Of a DNA stretch of 37,475 nucleotides, positions 9,571-18,487 are shown one piece after another; positions within the stretch are counted from its first letter, which is position 1, and each line of letters starts with the position of its first letter. The DNA comes from Candidatus Zixiibacteriota bacterium. GTDB taxonomy: Bacteria > Zixibacteria > MSB-5A5 > UBA10806 > 4484-95. Made by a program: the position numbers and the translations under genes. The notes under the pieces are model-generated. The model saw only the letters and a program-made list of their open reading frames with translations, was not told the DNA's origin and made no database searches. The stretch covers positions 1 to 37,475 of the forward strand of contig JAOZPT010000021.1 in NCBI GenBank assembly GCA_029932605.1. Reading direction: 5' to 3'.

Positions 9571-10437
9571 ATGGCTATACTTATAGATAAAAACTCAAAA
9601 GTCCTTGTGCAGGGGATAACCGGAACAGGTGGCTCGTTTCATGCTAAACGCATGAAAGCCTATGGCACCAATATTATTGGCGGAACCTCCCCTGGTAAAG
9701 GCGGTCAGGTTGTTGACGGTATGCCTGTTTTTGATACCGTTGAGGAGTGTGTTGCAAGTACTGGTGCTGATGTATCAGTGATATTTTTACCTGCTAAATA
9801 TGCTAAAGGTGCGGCCTTAGAATCGATTTATGCTGGTTTAAAGTTAGTGGTTGTTGTTCCTGAACATATCCCTATCGCTGATATGATGTATGTCCGCAAA
9901 GCGGCTCAAGAGCGAGGTTCGGTTGTCATTGGCGGTAACACCGCGGGTATCATAACCCCCGGCCAAGCTAATGTGGGTATTATTCCTGATATTGCGTTTG
10001 CACAGGGGAAAATAGGCACTGTTTCGCGTTCGGGTTCTCTGACGTATTATGTTGCCGATACGCTCACTCGCACCGCCTATGGTGAAACAACATGTGTCGG
10101 TCTTGGGGGTGATCCGGTGCTGGGGTCAACTTTTGATGAGATACTTGACCTTTTTGACAGAGATAACCAGACCAAAGCGGTGGTCCTTGTTGGCGAGATA
10201 GGCGGTGTATATGAAGAGAGAGCAGCCCAAAAGGTTTCAGAGATGTCAAAGCCTGTAATTTTTTTGATAGGGGGTTTGTCTGCTCCTCCCGGTAAAAGAA
10301 TGGGTCATGCCGGTGCAATAGTTGAGGGTAATATTGGCACGGCTCAGAGCAAGGTCGAAGCTTTGAGTAAAGCTGGCGCTCACCAGGCAAAAACTTTCAT
10401 GGATATACCGGAGATCCTGAAAAGTCTGGAGATTTGA
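9571..10437 (+). CDS. sucD: Succinyl-CoA synthetase alpha-family subunit, divergent
   Basis: MAILID..SKVLVQGITG, GTSPGKGG, VSRSGSLTY, GLGGDP, GEIGG, phospho-His motif RMGHAGA; ATG at 9571 preferred over the track's 9565. Confidence 0.88.
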   Translation: MAILIDKNSKVLVQGITGTGGSFHAKRMKAYGTNIIGGTSPGKGGQVVDGMPVFDTVEECVASTGADVSVIFLPAKYAKGAALESIYAGLKLVVVVPEHIPIADMMYVRKAAQERGSVVIGGNTAGIITPGQANVGIIPDIAFAQGKIGTVSRSGSLTYYVADTLTRTAYGETTCVGLGGDPVLGSTFDEILDLFDRDNQTKAVVLVGEIGGVYEERAAQKVSEMSKPVIFLIGGLSAPPGKRMGHAGAIVEGNIGTAQSKVEALSKAGAHQAKTFMDIPEILKSLEI

Positions 10438-11454
10438 TTGCTAAAACCTGTTGTGAATGTCTATCGCGGTGAGACGATTGAGTCGACCCATTTCGGCCAT
10501 CTAGCTGTTGTCGACTCCAGAGGAAAATTGCTTTATTCGCTCGGTAATCCACAAACTGTAACTTTTTTACGTTCATCGGCAAAGCCGTTTCAGGCGATAC
10601 CGGTAGTTGAATCCGGAGCGGCGCGTAAATTTAATTTTAGCTCGAAGGAGATTGCAATAATTGCAGGTTCTCACTCGGGCGAGCCTGAACATGTTGAGGT
10701 TGTTTCCAGTATCCTTAAAAAAATAGGGCTTGGTCCTCAACATCTTCAATGTGGAACACATGTTCCGCATTTCTATACCGCTAAAAATCTTAAACCTGAA
10801 CCTGGCCGGGAATTTTCAGTGCTTCAACATAATTGTTCGGGTAAACATGCTGGTATGCTGGCGATAGCTGTTTTTAAAAACCTGCCGGTGGAAAATTATC
10901 TTGATTTCGAACATCCTGTTCAAAAGATGATAACAGAGGCTATTGCCTACGTTTGTGATTATCCAAAGGAGCGTATAAAGATGGGCCTTGATGGTTGTTC
11001 TGCACCTGTTCATGCCCTTCCTATATACAACATGGCTTATGGTTTTGCCCGTTTTGTTTCGCCTTATATGGTTCCTCGTGAGAAAGCCAAAGCTTATTCT
11101 ATTATTTATCAGGCGATGTTAGACCATCCTGATATGGTTGCTGGTGAAAAACGATATGATGCGGAGCTTATGACAAACTGTCATGAGAAGCTAATAGCTA
11201 AAGCTGGGGCAGAAGGACTTCATTGTATAGGTTTTGTTGAAAAGCACTGGGGAATGACAGTTAAAATCAGCGATGGCGCAATTCGTGCTTTGTATCAGTT
11301 CAGCTTGGAAGCGTTAAGACAACTTGGTGTGGTGACCGCTGAGGAGCTGGAGAAATTAAAATATTTTCGACACAAAATTATCGAAAACTGGAGTAATAAA
11401 AAGGTTGGATATATAAAAGCTGAATTTGATCTGGAGAAACATCAAAATGGATAA
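10438..11454 (+). CDS. L-asparaginase II (Rhizobium etli-type, class 3, Zn-binding)
   Basis: RSSAKPFQA, GSHSGE, HNCSGKHAG, DGCSAP, AKAGAEG family motifs. Confidence 0.92.
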   Translation: MLKPVVNVYRGETIESTHFGHLAVVDSRGKLLYSLGNPQTVTFLRSSAKPFQAIPVVESGAARKFNFSSKEIAIIAGSHSGEPEHVEVVSSILKKIGLGPQHLQCGTHVPHFYTAKNLKPEPGREFSVLQHNCSGKHAGMLAIAVFKNLPVENYLDFEHPVQKMITEAIAYVCDYPKERIKMGLDGCSAPVHALPIYNMAYGFARFVSPYMVPREKAKAYSIIYQAMLDHPDMVAGEKRYDAELMTNCHEKLIAKAGAEGLHCIGFVEKHWGMTVKISDGAIRALYQFSLEALRQLGVVTAEELEKLKYFRHKIIENWSNKKVGYIKAEFDLEKHQNG

Positions 11455-11968
11455 AATATTTCCTGAAATTAAGAAAATAAAAAACGCGAAGTTGAGACAG
11501 AAAACCGCAGATTGTTTAGCTGAAGCTATCAAGCAGGGTGGTTGGAATGAGAACGAACTTGATAATATCCCTTTTACGCTTCTGGTTAAAGGTGAAGTGC
11601 CCAGCCTTGTTACCCACACCCGAGCTGTCACCCAGACCTCGATAGCTATGGCTGGAGTAATTAGTACTATCTACGATGATAAAGTGAAAATTGATCTGGA
11701 TATATTGGTTTCCGGTGCTTTGCTTCATGATGTAGGTAAGTTTTTAGAGTATGCTAAGGAAGGCGCTAAGGTGACCAAGTCGAAATCGGGGAAATTGTTG
11801 AGGCATCCGGTTTCAGGTACCGCATTGGCTTATGCTATGGGCTTGCCGGAGGAGGTGCTTCATATAATCGCCGCTCATTCGCATGAGGGTGACTATGTCA
11901 AACGCAGTGTCGAGGCTATAATAGTAAAGCACGCTGACTTTGCCAATTTTGAGGCTCTGGGAGGGTGA
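11447..11968 (+). CDS. HD-domain (HDIG-type) metal-dependent phosphohydrolase
   Basis: LVTHTRAV, GALLHDVGK, LRHP, IAAHSHEGD, KHAD; ATG at 11447 overlaps the asparaginase stop. Confidence 0.88.
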   Translation: MDKIFPEIKKIKNAKLRQKTADCLAEAIKQGGWNENELDNIPFTLLVKGEVPSLVTHTRAVTQTSIAMAGVISTIYDDKVKIDLDILVSGALLHDVGKFLEYAKEGAKVTKSKSGKLLRHPVSGTALAYAMGLPEEVLHIIAAHSHEGDYVKRSVEAIIVKHADFANFEALGG

Positions 11969-12471
11969 TGTTTACAAGGTATTTTGTGCTTTTCTGCTTG
12001 GGCGGTGTTATCGAGTTGATATTTCTGGGATTGGGAGGAGGGACATCCGTTTTCAGCATTTTCTCGGCGCTTATAATAATATTTTTATCAATAAAGATAC
12101 TGGGAATTCGTTTCATAAATGGCAGGGTCATACGTATAGCTCTTGGTTTTTCTTTTATACATATAGTTCTTGGCAATATTCCAATAGTAGTAGCAGAGCA
12201 AACTGACAGGCTTAGACCGATATCATGTGAATTTGAAGGCTCATCTTTATCATTCCTGTCAGCTGTTTTTCAAGGCTCTCTTGACCATTATGGAGTTTTC
12301 TGGTTAGCCCAGAGCTTTTTATTTACAATAATATTTATGATTGTTTTTGCAATATTTAGCAAGATTTTAAGGAGAATTGACAATGGACTTTCTACCCGAA
12401 CCATACAAGACCAAAACAGTGGAGCGTATTCATCTTCTTCCCAGAGAGAAACGCCAGCGAAAACTGATTGA
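11968..12471 (+). CDS. Hypothetical membrane protein (about 4 TM segments)
   Basis: TGATG coupling with the HD gene, several hydrophobic stretches; 3' end overlaps tnaA. Confidence 0.6.
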   Translation: MFTRYFVLFCLGGVIELIFLGLGGGTSVFSIFSALIIIFLSIKILGIRFINGRVIRIALGFSFIHIVLGNIPIVVAEQTDRLRPISCEFEGSSLSFLSAVFQGSLDHYGVFWLAQSFLFTIIFMIVFAIFSKILRRIDNGLSTRTIQDQNSGAYSSSSQRETPAKTD

Positions 12472-13753
12472 GGCTCATTACAACCTGTTTAAAATACCGG
12501 CTGCTGATGTTTTTATAGACCTGCTTACGGATTCTGGAACCTCGGCCATGAGTGATAACCAGTGGGCGGGATTGCAGATGGGTGATGAATCGTATGCGGG
12601 GTGCCGTAATTATTATTTTTTCGAAGATACGATTAGAAACATAACCGGATTTAAAAATATCATCCCCGCTCATCAGGGTCGTGTTGCGGAAAATCTGCTT
12701 TTCACGAGCGCTCTGAAGAAGGGAGATTATGTCATCTCGAATACTCATTTCGATACTACCCGGGCAAACATAGAACATCAGAAAGCTCATGCTGTCGATT
12801 TACTTGTGGAGGAAGGTAAAGATCCACAATCGGAGTATGATTTTAAGGGCAATATCGATCTTGACAAAGTTGAGGACTTCATCAAGAAGGTTGGGGCAAA
12901 GAAAATCCCAATGGGGATGCTTACCGTCACCAATAATGCAGGTGGCGGTCAACCTGTTTCACTTGAAAACATAAAGGCTTATAGTGAACTTTTGCACAAG
13001 CATGGTATTAGCTTGTATCTTGATGCCTGCCGTTATGCCGAAAACTGCTATTTTATCAAACAGAGAGAAGCGGCCTATCGGGATTGGACAATCAAAGATA
13101 TTGCTCGTGAGATGTTCAAATATACTGATGGTTGTACTATGTCGGCCAAGAAAGATGGACTGGCTAATATTGGTGGTTTTCTGGCCACCAATGATGACAA
13201 GTTAGCGGCTAAAATTACCAACATGCTCATTCTCATCGAGGGATTTCCCACTTATGGCGGTATGGCCGGTCGGGACCTTGAAGCGGTTGCTCGGGGATTA
13301 ATCGAAGCGCTTGATGAGGAATATCTCCATTATCGTGTCCAGCAGGTTAAATGTTTGGGTGAACTTCTTGAGGAAGCGGAAATACCAATTGTTCGACCGC
13401 CTGGCGGACATGCGATATATGTTGATATTAACTCGTTTTTGCCTGATTTCCCAAGGGAGAAATATCCCGGCTGGGCAGTTACGGTGGCTATGTATCGTGA
13501 GGGATGTGTCAGGACTACCGAGATCGGTACCATTATGCAGGGCCTTCAGCCCGACGGCACAGAAATAATCCCAAGATTAGAGCTGGTCCGCCTGGCTATC
13601 CCACGTAGGGTTTATTCGATGGCGCATTTGCAATATGTAGCCTCGATATTCAAAAAAATAAAAGAAAACAAGAAACTGATTAAACCCTTACGTATAAAGT
13701 GGCAGGCACCTGTAATGAGGCATTTTACGGTAGAATTAGAAGAGATACCATAA
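12383..13753 (+). CDS. tnaA: Tryptophanase (PLP-dependent beta-eliminating lyase)
   Basis: IDLLTDSGT, GDESYAG, HQGR, HFDTTR, PLP-Lys motif MSAKKD, RLAIPRRVY; C-terminal MRHFT matches TnaA (RHFT) rather than tyrosine phenol-lyase (RFFT). AAGGAG RBS before ATG 12383. Confidence 0.9.
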   Translation: MDFLPEPYKTKTVERIHLLPREKRQRKLIEAHYNLFKIPAADVFIDLLTDSGTSAMSDNQWAGLQMGDESYAGCRNYYFFEDTIRNITGFKNIIPAHQGRVAENLLFTSALKKGDYVISNTHFDTTRANIEHQKAHAVDLLVEEGKDPQSEYDFKGNIDLDKVEDFIKKVGAKKIPMGMLTVTNNAGGGQPVSLENIKAYSELLHKHGISLYLDACRYAENCYFIKQREAAYRDWTIKDIAREMFKYTDGCTMSAKKDGLANIGGFLATNDDKLAAKITNMLILIEGFPTYGGMAGRDLEAVARGLIEALDEEYLHYRVQQVKCLGELLEEAEIPIVRPPGGHAIYVDINSFLPDFPREKYPGWAVTVAMYREGCVRTTEIGTIMQGLQPDGTEIIPRLELVRLAIPRRVYSMAHLQYVASIFKKIKENKKLIKPLRIKWQAPVMRHFTVELEEIP

Positions 13754-13862
13754 ATTGAAAACGTTTATTTGAGAGGTCTGTCTTCCAAGGAGATATTGTA
13801 TAAAATGCATTTGGTTTAATATAATATGTATATATAAGGTTTTTGCAGACCTTAGGTGTTTT

Positions 13863-14297
13863 ATGAAAAAGCAGCCTCTTAATTTCCCAGGAATAAAATT
13901 TAGATCGAATTCTCTGTATATGGAGTTTTTAAATCAAAAGAGAACTGATCCCCGGGTTAGAAGTTTAGCTTTAGAATTGGCTTTGTATGTCAAGCTCTTA
14001 GGAAGCGAGCTTGAGGTTACCCAGATAGGACGGACTAAAAGGTCTCAGGTGAGAATTTATGGATATGATAGAAAGAGCGGTCACCGGGAAAGGCCATCGC
14101 GGGCGATCGATTTCAGTGGTAGAAATATCTCAAGAGAAATCATTAACAAGCTTGTAGAGCATTTCAAATTTTATTTGGATTTAGGTTACTATTACAGTTT
14201 GATATATCATGATGTCGGGGCTGGTTATCATTTTCACCTTCAGGTACCTCATGCCAAATATAACAAAATCCTGTGGGATATAAATTCTGGCGGATAA
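13863..14297 (+). CDS. Peptidase M15-like / Hedgehog-DD-peptidase (LAS) fold protein
   Basis: VTQIGRT...SGHRERPSRAID...HDVGAGYHFHLQV resembles the R..SxH..AxD..HxH zinc-ligand pattern; no signal peptide. Confidence 0.6.
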   Translation: MKKQPLNFPGIKFRSNSLYMEFLNQKRTDPRVRSLALELALYVKLLGSELEVTQIGRTKRSQVRIYGYDRKSGHRERPSRAIDFSGRNISREIINKLVEHFKFYLDLGYYYSLIYHDVGAGYHFHLQVPHAKYNKILWDINSGG

Positions 14298-14372
14298 ATT
14301 AGGATTTAGTTATATAGTTTTTGAAAAAAGCAGCTAACCTGTATTATTCATAAACTTTTTTAATTTTAAGAA

Positions 14373-14422
14373 GTGGCTTGGGCGTCCTGCCCAAGAATCA
14401 CTGGCAAAGATGCCGGTGCTAC
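14373..14422. repeat. Inverted doublet of REP-like palindromes
   Basis: GTGG-CTTGGGC-GTCCT-GCCCAAG (14373-14395) and, on the minus strand, GTAG-CACCGGCA-TCTT-TGCCAGTG (14422-14399). Confidence 0.65.
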
Positions 14423-14712
14423 ATTGCCGACAATTAAATTCTTTTAGAAAACTTAAAAACGCTCCGTAATTTTAATAGGTTCCACATCCTTGACGTTACT
14501 ATATTACAGTTCAATGAATTAGCAAGCACTTACTTAAATGTTAAAATATGTTTGTGAATTATTCGGGCTAAGCCCGTGATAACTCATAAAATAAAATCTG
14601 TCATTTAATACTTTTCAAATATTATCGCTTCCATTGTTTTTTATAGACGAACATATTGTTTCATAATATCTTATAAGTAAATATTGGGTTTTAAACCACA
14701 GGAGCGGAATCT

Positions 14713-15321
14713 GTGTCTAATATGACAGATAAGAAGGAGATAGATGAACTGGAAAACTTCGCTAAAGGTGATGATAATGCATTTGGACAGCTTGTTAATC
14801 GTTACAAAGAAAGGATTTACCTGGTGGTTCTACGAATAGTAAAGAATAATGAAGATGCCAAGGATTTAGCTCAGGAGGCATTTGTTAAGGCATATATTAA
14901 CCGGCAATCATTTCGGGCAGAATCAGGGTTTTTCACCTGGATTTACCGAATTGCGGTGAACCTTGCCCTTAACTATATCAGTAGAAACCGCGACCTAAAG
15001 GCTGAATCGATAGATGAATTTGAACAAGGAAAGTTAATACGAGGTAAACCACAACGGTCTTATGATCACCTTTTGTCATCTGGATCAGACAATCTTGAAA
15101 AAGAGGAACTAGCAAAAACTATTTCAGCCGCCATCGAGAAACTTCCACCACGACAGCGAACAGTTTTTGTCCTTCGCCATTATGAGGAAAAACCGCATGC
15201 TGAGATCGCCTCGATTTTATCGATAACCGAGGGAGCGGTTAAAGCCAGTTATCATCAAGCGGTGCAAAAACTAAAGGAATCTCTGGGATTGTATATTAAA
15301 GAGGGGAGGCTTACATCATGA
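14713..15321 (+). CDS. ECF-type RNA polymerase sigma factor
   Basis: GDDNAFGQLV..Y, DAKDLAQEAFVKAY, FFTWIYRIAVN, LPPRQRTVFVLR, EIASIL..TEGAVK; GTG start with AGGAG RBS (ATG 14722 is an alternative). Confidence 0.95.
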   Translation: MSNMTDKKEIDELENFAKGDDNAFGQLVNRYKERIYLVVLRIVKNNEDAKDLAQEAFVKAYINRQSFRAESGFFTWIYRIAVNLALNYISRNRDLKAESIDEFEQGKLIRGKPQRSYDHLLSSGSDNLEKEELAKTISAAIEKLPPRQRTVFVLRHYEEKPHAEIASILSITEGAVKASYHQAVQKLKESLGLYIKEGRLTS

Positions 15322-15893
15322 GATGTTCTCGTTGCCGTGATTTAATGGACGATTATATAAGGGGCTTTTTAGATGATAACCTGAATGAGGAGATGGCTGG
15401 GCATATAGCGAAGTGTAATGATTGCGTTAAAGAATTTGAGTCGTTGAAAGGCTTGATTTCATTTTTAAAACAAGAACCTAAAACTGCAGTTTCTAGGGGT
15501 GAGCTTGATGATTTCCTACCGGGTGTCTGGCAGAAAATTGAAAGCGAGAGAAGGTTTTCTTTACAGGGTTTGGTATTCAAACTTGTGCCCGCACTTATTG
15601 TGGCAACGGTTCTGGCATTTATTTTTATCAAGCCATCTATTGATGTTGCCAATTATCGGGTGGAAAGTATAGTTGAAAAGGATATCTATACCGAAAACAG
15701 TTATTATATGCTTATCGATTTGATTTTTGCAGATGAGGACCCTGAGTTACTGAATCTTATTGAAAATGAACTTTACCAAGGTTTTTATTCTTTTTTTGGG
15801 AATGATTATGATGAGTATATAGAGAATTTAAGCGATGAAGATTTAGAGCGTTTTGAGGAGAAGTTAAATAAACTTTTAATTACAAAGGGGTGA
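15318..15893 (+). CDS. Zinc-finger (zf-HC2/ZAS) transmembrane anti-sigma factor
   Basis: N-terminal MRC..., HIAKCNDC (HxxxCxxC), one TM helix; ATGA coupling to the sigma gene. Confidence 0.88.
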   Translation: MRCSRCRDLMDDYIRGFLDDNLNEEMAGHIAKCNDCVKEFESLKGLISFLKQEPKTAVSRGELDDFLPGVWQKIESERRFSLQGLVFKLVPALIVATVLAFIFIKPSIDVANYRVESIVEKDIYTENSYYMLIDLIFADEDPELLNLIENELYQGFYSFFGNDYDEYIENLSDEDLERFEEKLNKLLITKG

Positions 15894-15896
15894 TCT

Positions 15897-16436
15897 ATGA
15901 AAACTTTAAATTTTAAGATAATTGTAATTATTTTAGCACTTGGATTTTTTACTGGGGTATTTGGACAGATGGGAGGAGCATGGGGACAAATGGAACATCG
16001 CAAACCGCCTTTTGATCGACCAATGCAACAGCAAATCAGAAAAAGGATCGAGACTATAAAAATATGGAAATTGACAGAGGAATTAAACCTTACCGAAGAA
16101 CAATCGGTGAAATTTTTCCCGATATATAACAAGTTTGAAGAAGAATTGAAAGCGACTGAGGCTGAACGCAGACAGGTTATCGAAAAGCTCGATGAATTGA
16201 CAATCACTGAAATGCCCTCTGCTAATGAAATAAATAAACTATTAGATAAGCTTGAGGATTTAGATAGGAACATTAATTCAGTTAAGGAGGTTTATAGAGA
16301 TAAGTTAGAGGATATCCTGACGACTCAGCAGATCGGCCGGCTTTATGTATTTGAGGTGATGTTTCAGCGCCAGATGCAGGAAATAGTTAGAGATATCAGG
16401 CAGAAAAAAGGGGAGGCTCGAAGAGAACCACGATAA
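15897..16436 (+). CDS. Exported Spy/CpxP-like helical protein
   Basis: Signal peptide, two LTxxQ motifs (LNLTEEQ, ILTTQQ), charged helical composition. Confidence 0.75.
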   Translation: MKTLNFKIIVIILALGFFTGVFGQMGGAWGQMEHRKPPFDRPMQQQIRKRIETIKIWKLTEELNLTEEQSVKFFPIYNKFEEELKATEAERRQVIEKLDELTITEMPSANEINKLLDKLEDLDRNINSVKEVYRDKLEDILTTQQIGRLYVFEVMFQRQMQEIVRDIRQKKGEARREPR

Positions 16437-16474
16437 ACAATGGTAAAATTGAAAAACAAAAGAAGGAGGAACAA

Positions 16475-16996
16475 TTGAGGTATTTAATCACAACACTGGT
16501 TTTAGCATTTTTACTTGTGCCAGCAATATCACAGGCGCAGATGAGCAAGCTTCTGGCTATGGCAGATGAGCTTGAACTTACCGAGGAGCAAATCCAGAGA
16601 ATACAGGATAACTCATTTGCAATGAAAAAAGACCTTATCCAGAAAAAAGCTGATCTGGAAAAAGCTAAGCTTGAGCTTAAACAGATTATGCTTGCTGAGA
16701 ATATTGATAAAAAAGCCGCTTTAAAAAAGGTTGACGAGATTTCTGTTTTAAAAGCTGAGCTGGCCAAGAGGAAGTTATCGGCAAGGATAGAACAGTTAAA
16801 TATACTTAATACCGAGCAGAGAGCGAAAGTCCGTAAGATGAAGATGCTTAAAGGGCCTCGCGGTAAAGGTAAATGCCGTAAAAAGGAAATGGGTCAAGGT
16901 ATGCGGATGCATCGTCCTGGATGTCATGGAGCAATGGGGTCGATGGAGGATGTTGATATTTATATCGAGAAGAAAATCGTTTCCGAAGAAGATTAA
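16475..16996 (+). CDS. Exported Spy/CpxP/ZraP-like protein
   Basis: Signal peptide (ISQA/Q), LELTEEQ and ILNTEQR motifs, Met/His/Cys/Gly-rich tail; TTG start with AGGAGG RBS. Confidence 0.8.
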   Translation: MRYLITTLVLAFLLVPAISQAQMSKLLAMADELELTEEQIQRIQDNSFAMKKDLIQKKADLEKAKLELKQIMLAENIDKKAALKKVDEISVLKAELAKRKLSARIEQLNILNTEQRAKVRKMKMLKGPRGKGKCRKKEMGQGMRMHRPGCHGAMGSMEDVDIYIEKKIVSEED

Positions 16997-17031
16997 GCCA
17001 GCTTAAAATCAGGATTAATTAAAAACTGTAT

Positions 17032-17064
17032 AACCCCGGTTATCGCCGGGGTTCTTTTATTTTT
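17032..17064 (+). terminator. Rho-independent terminator
   Basis: AACCCCGG-TTATCG-CCGGGGTT followed by CTTTTATTTTT. Confidence 0.85.
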
Positions 17065-17106
17065 CATTTAAGCGTAATTGATTATGGCATATCTGCTTGA
17101 TTTTTA

Positions 17107-17135
17107 TTGACATTGTTATTACAGTGGCATAAACT
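17107..17135 (+). promoter_or_regulatory. Putative sigma70 promoter of nfeD-SPFH
   Basis: TTGACA (17107-17112), 17 nt, TAAACT (17130-17135); the ORF track's TTG start is this -35 box. Confidence 0.6.
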
Positions 17136-17151
17136 TAACATAGATTATTTG

Positions 17152-18468
17152 ATGAAAGGGAAAAAAGTGAGGTTAAAAGCATTTTTAATATTTATAGTTA
17201 GCTTAAGTTGTCTAATAAGTCCGATTATAATGGAAGGTGAAGCTATAGCAGGGTCTAAGACCGGACATGTTGACTTGATAGTAATAAAAGGTGCCATCGG
17301 GCCTATTACATTGCGGGTTATCACCAATGCCCTCGATATGGTTGAGAATGACAGCGCCTCCGCGTTGATAATACAAATTGATACTCCCGGTGGGTTGTCG
17401 GAATCAACATGGGAGATAAATCGGGAGATTTTAGCCTCGGACGTACCGGTCATTATGTATATAGCGCCACCCGGTTCACGTGCCGGTTCTGCTGGTGTAT
17501 ATATCACTTATGCCTGCCATATCGCGGCAATGGCACCGCAGACAAATATCGGTTCAGCTCATCCTGTAGGGATTGGTGGTCAGGTTGATTCTTTGATGAC
17601 GGAGAAAATAACGAACGATGCTGTTGCAAAAATTAAAACCCTGGCAAAAAAAAGAGGACGTAATATAGAATGGGCTGAAAAAGCTGTTAGAGAATCAGCA
17701 TCAATTACTGAATACGAAGCGCTGGAGATGAATGTTATCAATTATGTGGCTGATAACATTGAAGATTTGTTGGAGAAGATTGATGGTGATACGGTTGAGG
17801 TAGTTTCCGGAGAGATTGTTTTGATGACAAAAGGAGCTGAAGTTAGAGAGATTGATATTGGTTTTGCCAATAAAATACTAAATATATTGTCGAATCCCAA
17901 TATCGCTTATATTCTTCTTATGATAGGGATGATGGGGATTTATTTTGAGCTTTCAAATCCGGGTAATATCTTTCCTGGTGTGGCGGGTGCGATATGTTTG
18001 ATTTTAGCGTTTTTCGCTTTTCAGACATTGCCAATCAATTACGCGGGATTAGCTCTTATGATTCTTTCGGCTATTTTATTTTTACTTGAGATAAAGATAA
18101 TAAGTCATGGTATATTAGCTATTGGTGGAACAATTAGTTTACTTTTGGGGTCGCTTATGTTAATAAATTCAGATGTTCCTTACTTACAAATATCGCTTTC
18201 GGTGATTATCCCTGCTGTCGTCGCCACGGTGGCTTTCTTTATATTTGCCATATATTTTGCAATTAAGGCACAGAAACGTAAGGTGATTACTGGTAAGGCG
18301 GGATTAGTAGGCGAAGTAGCCGAGGTTAAACAAATGAAAAATGGCGAGGGTTTAGTTTTTGTTCATGGTGAATACTGGCAAGCACTCGGGACCGAGGATT
18401 TTCCTAAGGGGACAAAGGTGAAAATTATAGGTGTTGAAGGAATGGTATTAAAGGTTGATAAATTATAA
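17152..18468 (+). CDS. nfeD: NfeD1 membrane-bound serine protease (ClpP-class)
   Basis: IDTPGG, catalytic GSAG, TNIGSAHPV, EKITND, TM region, C-terminal OB domain (FVHGEYWQA); start at ATG 17152 or GTG 17167. Confidence 0.92.
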   Translation: MKGKKVRLKAFLIFIVSLSCLISPIIMEGEAIAGSKTGHVDLIVIKGAIGPITLRVITNALDMVENDSASALIIQIDTPGGLSESTWEINREILASDVPVIMYIAPPGSRAGSAGVYITYACHIAAMAPQTNIGSAHPVGIGGQVDSLMTEKITNDAVAKIKTLAKKRGRNIEWAEKAVRESASITEYEALEMNVINYVADNIEDLLEKIDGDTVEVVSGEIVLMTKGAEVREIDIGFANKILNILSNPNIAYILLMIGMMGIYFELSNPGNIFPGVAGAICLILAFFAFQTLPINYAGLALMILSAILFLLEIKIISHGILAIGGTISLLLGSLMLINSDVPYLQISLSVIIPAVVATVAFFIFAIYFAIKAQKRKVITGKAGLVGEVAEVKQMKNGEGLVFVHGEYWQALGTEDFPKGTKVKIIGVEGMVLKVDKL

Positions 18469-18487
18469 TAAACTAAGGAGGCAATAG

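Noticed and set aside
12383..13753. Tyrosine phenol-lyase assignment
   Set aside because: MSAKKD and RHFT fit tryptophanase rather than TPL (MSGKKD, RFFT).
14693..14720. ECF autoregulatory promoter AAAC-N17-TGTCTAA
   Set aside because: It overlaps the RBS and start of the sigma gene, so the TSS would fall inside the CDS; cannot be supported without TSS data.
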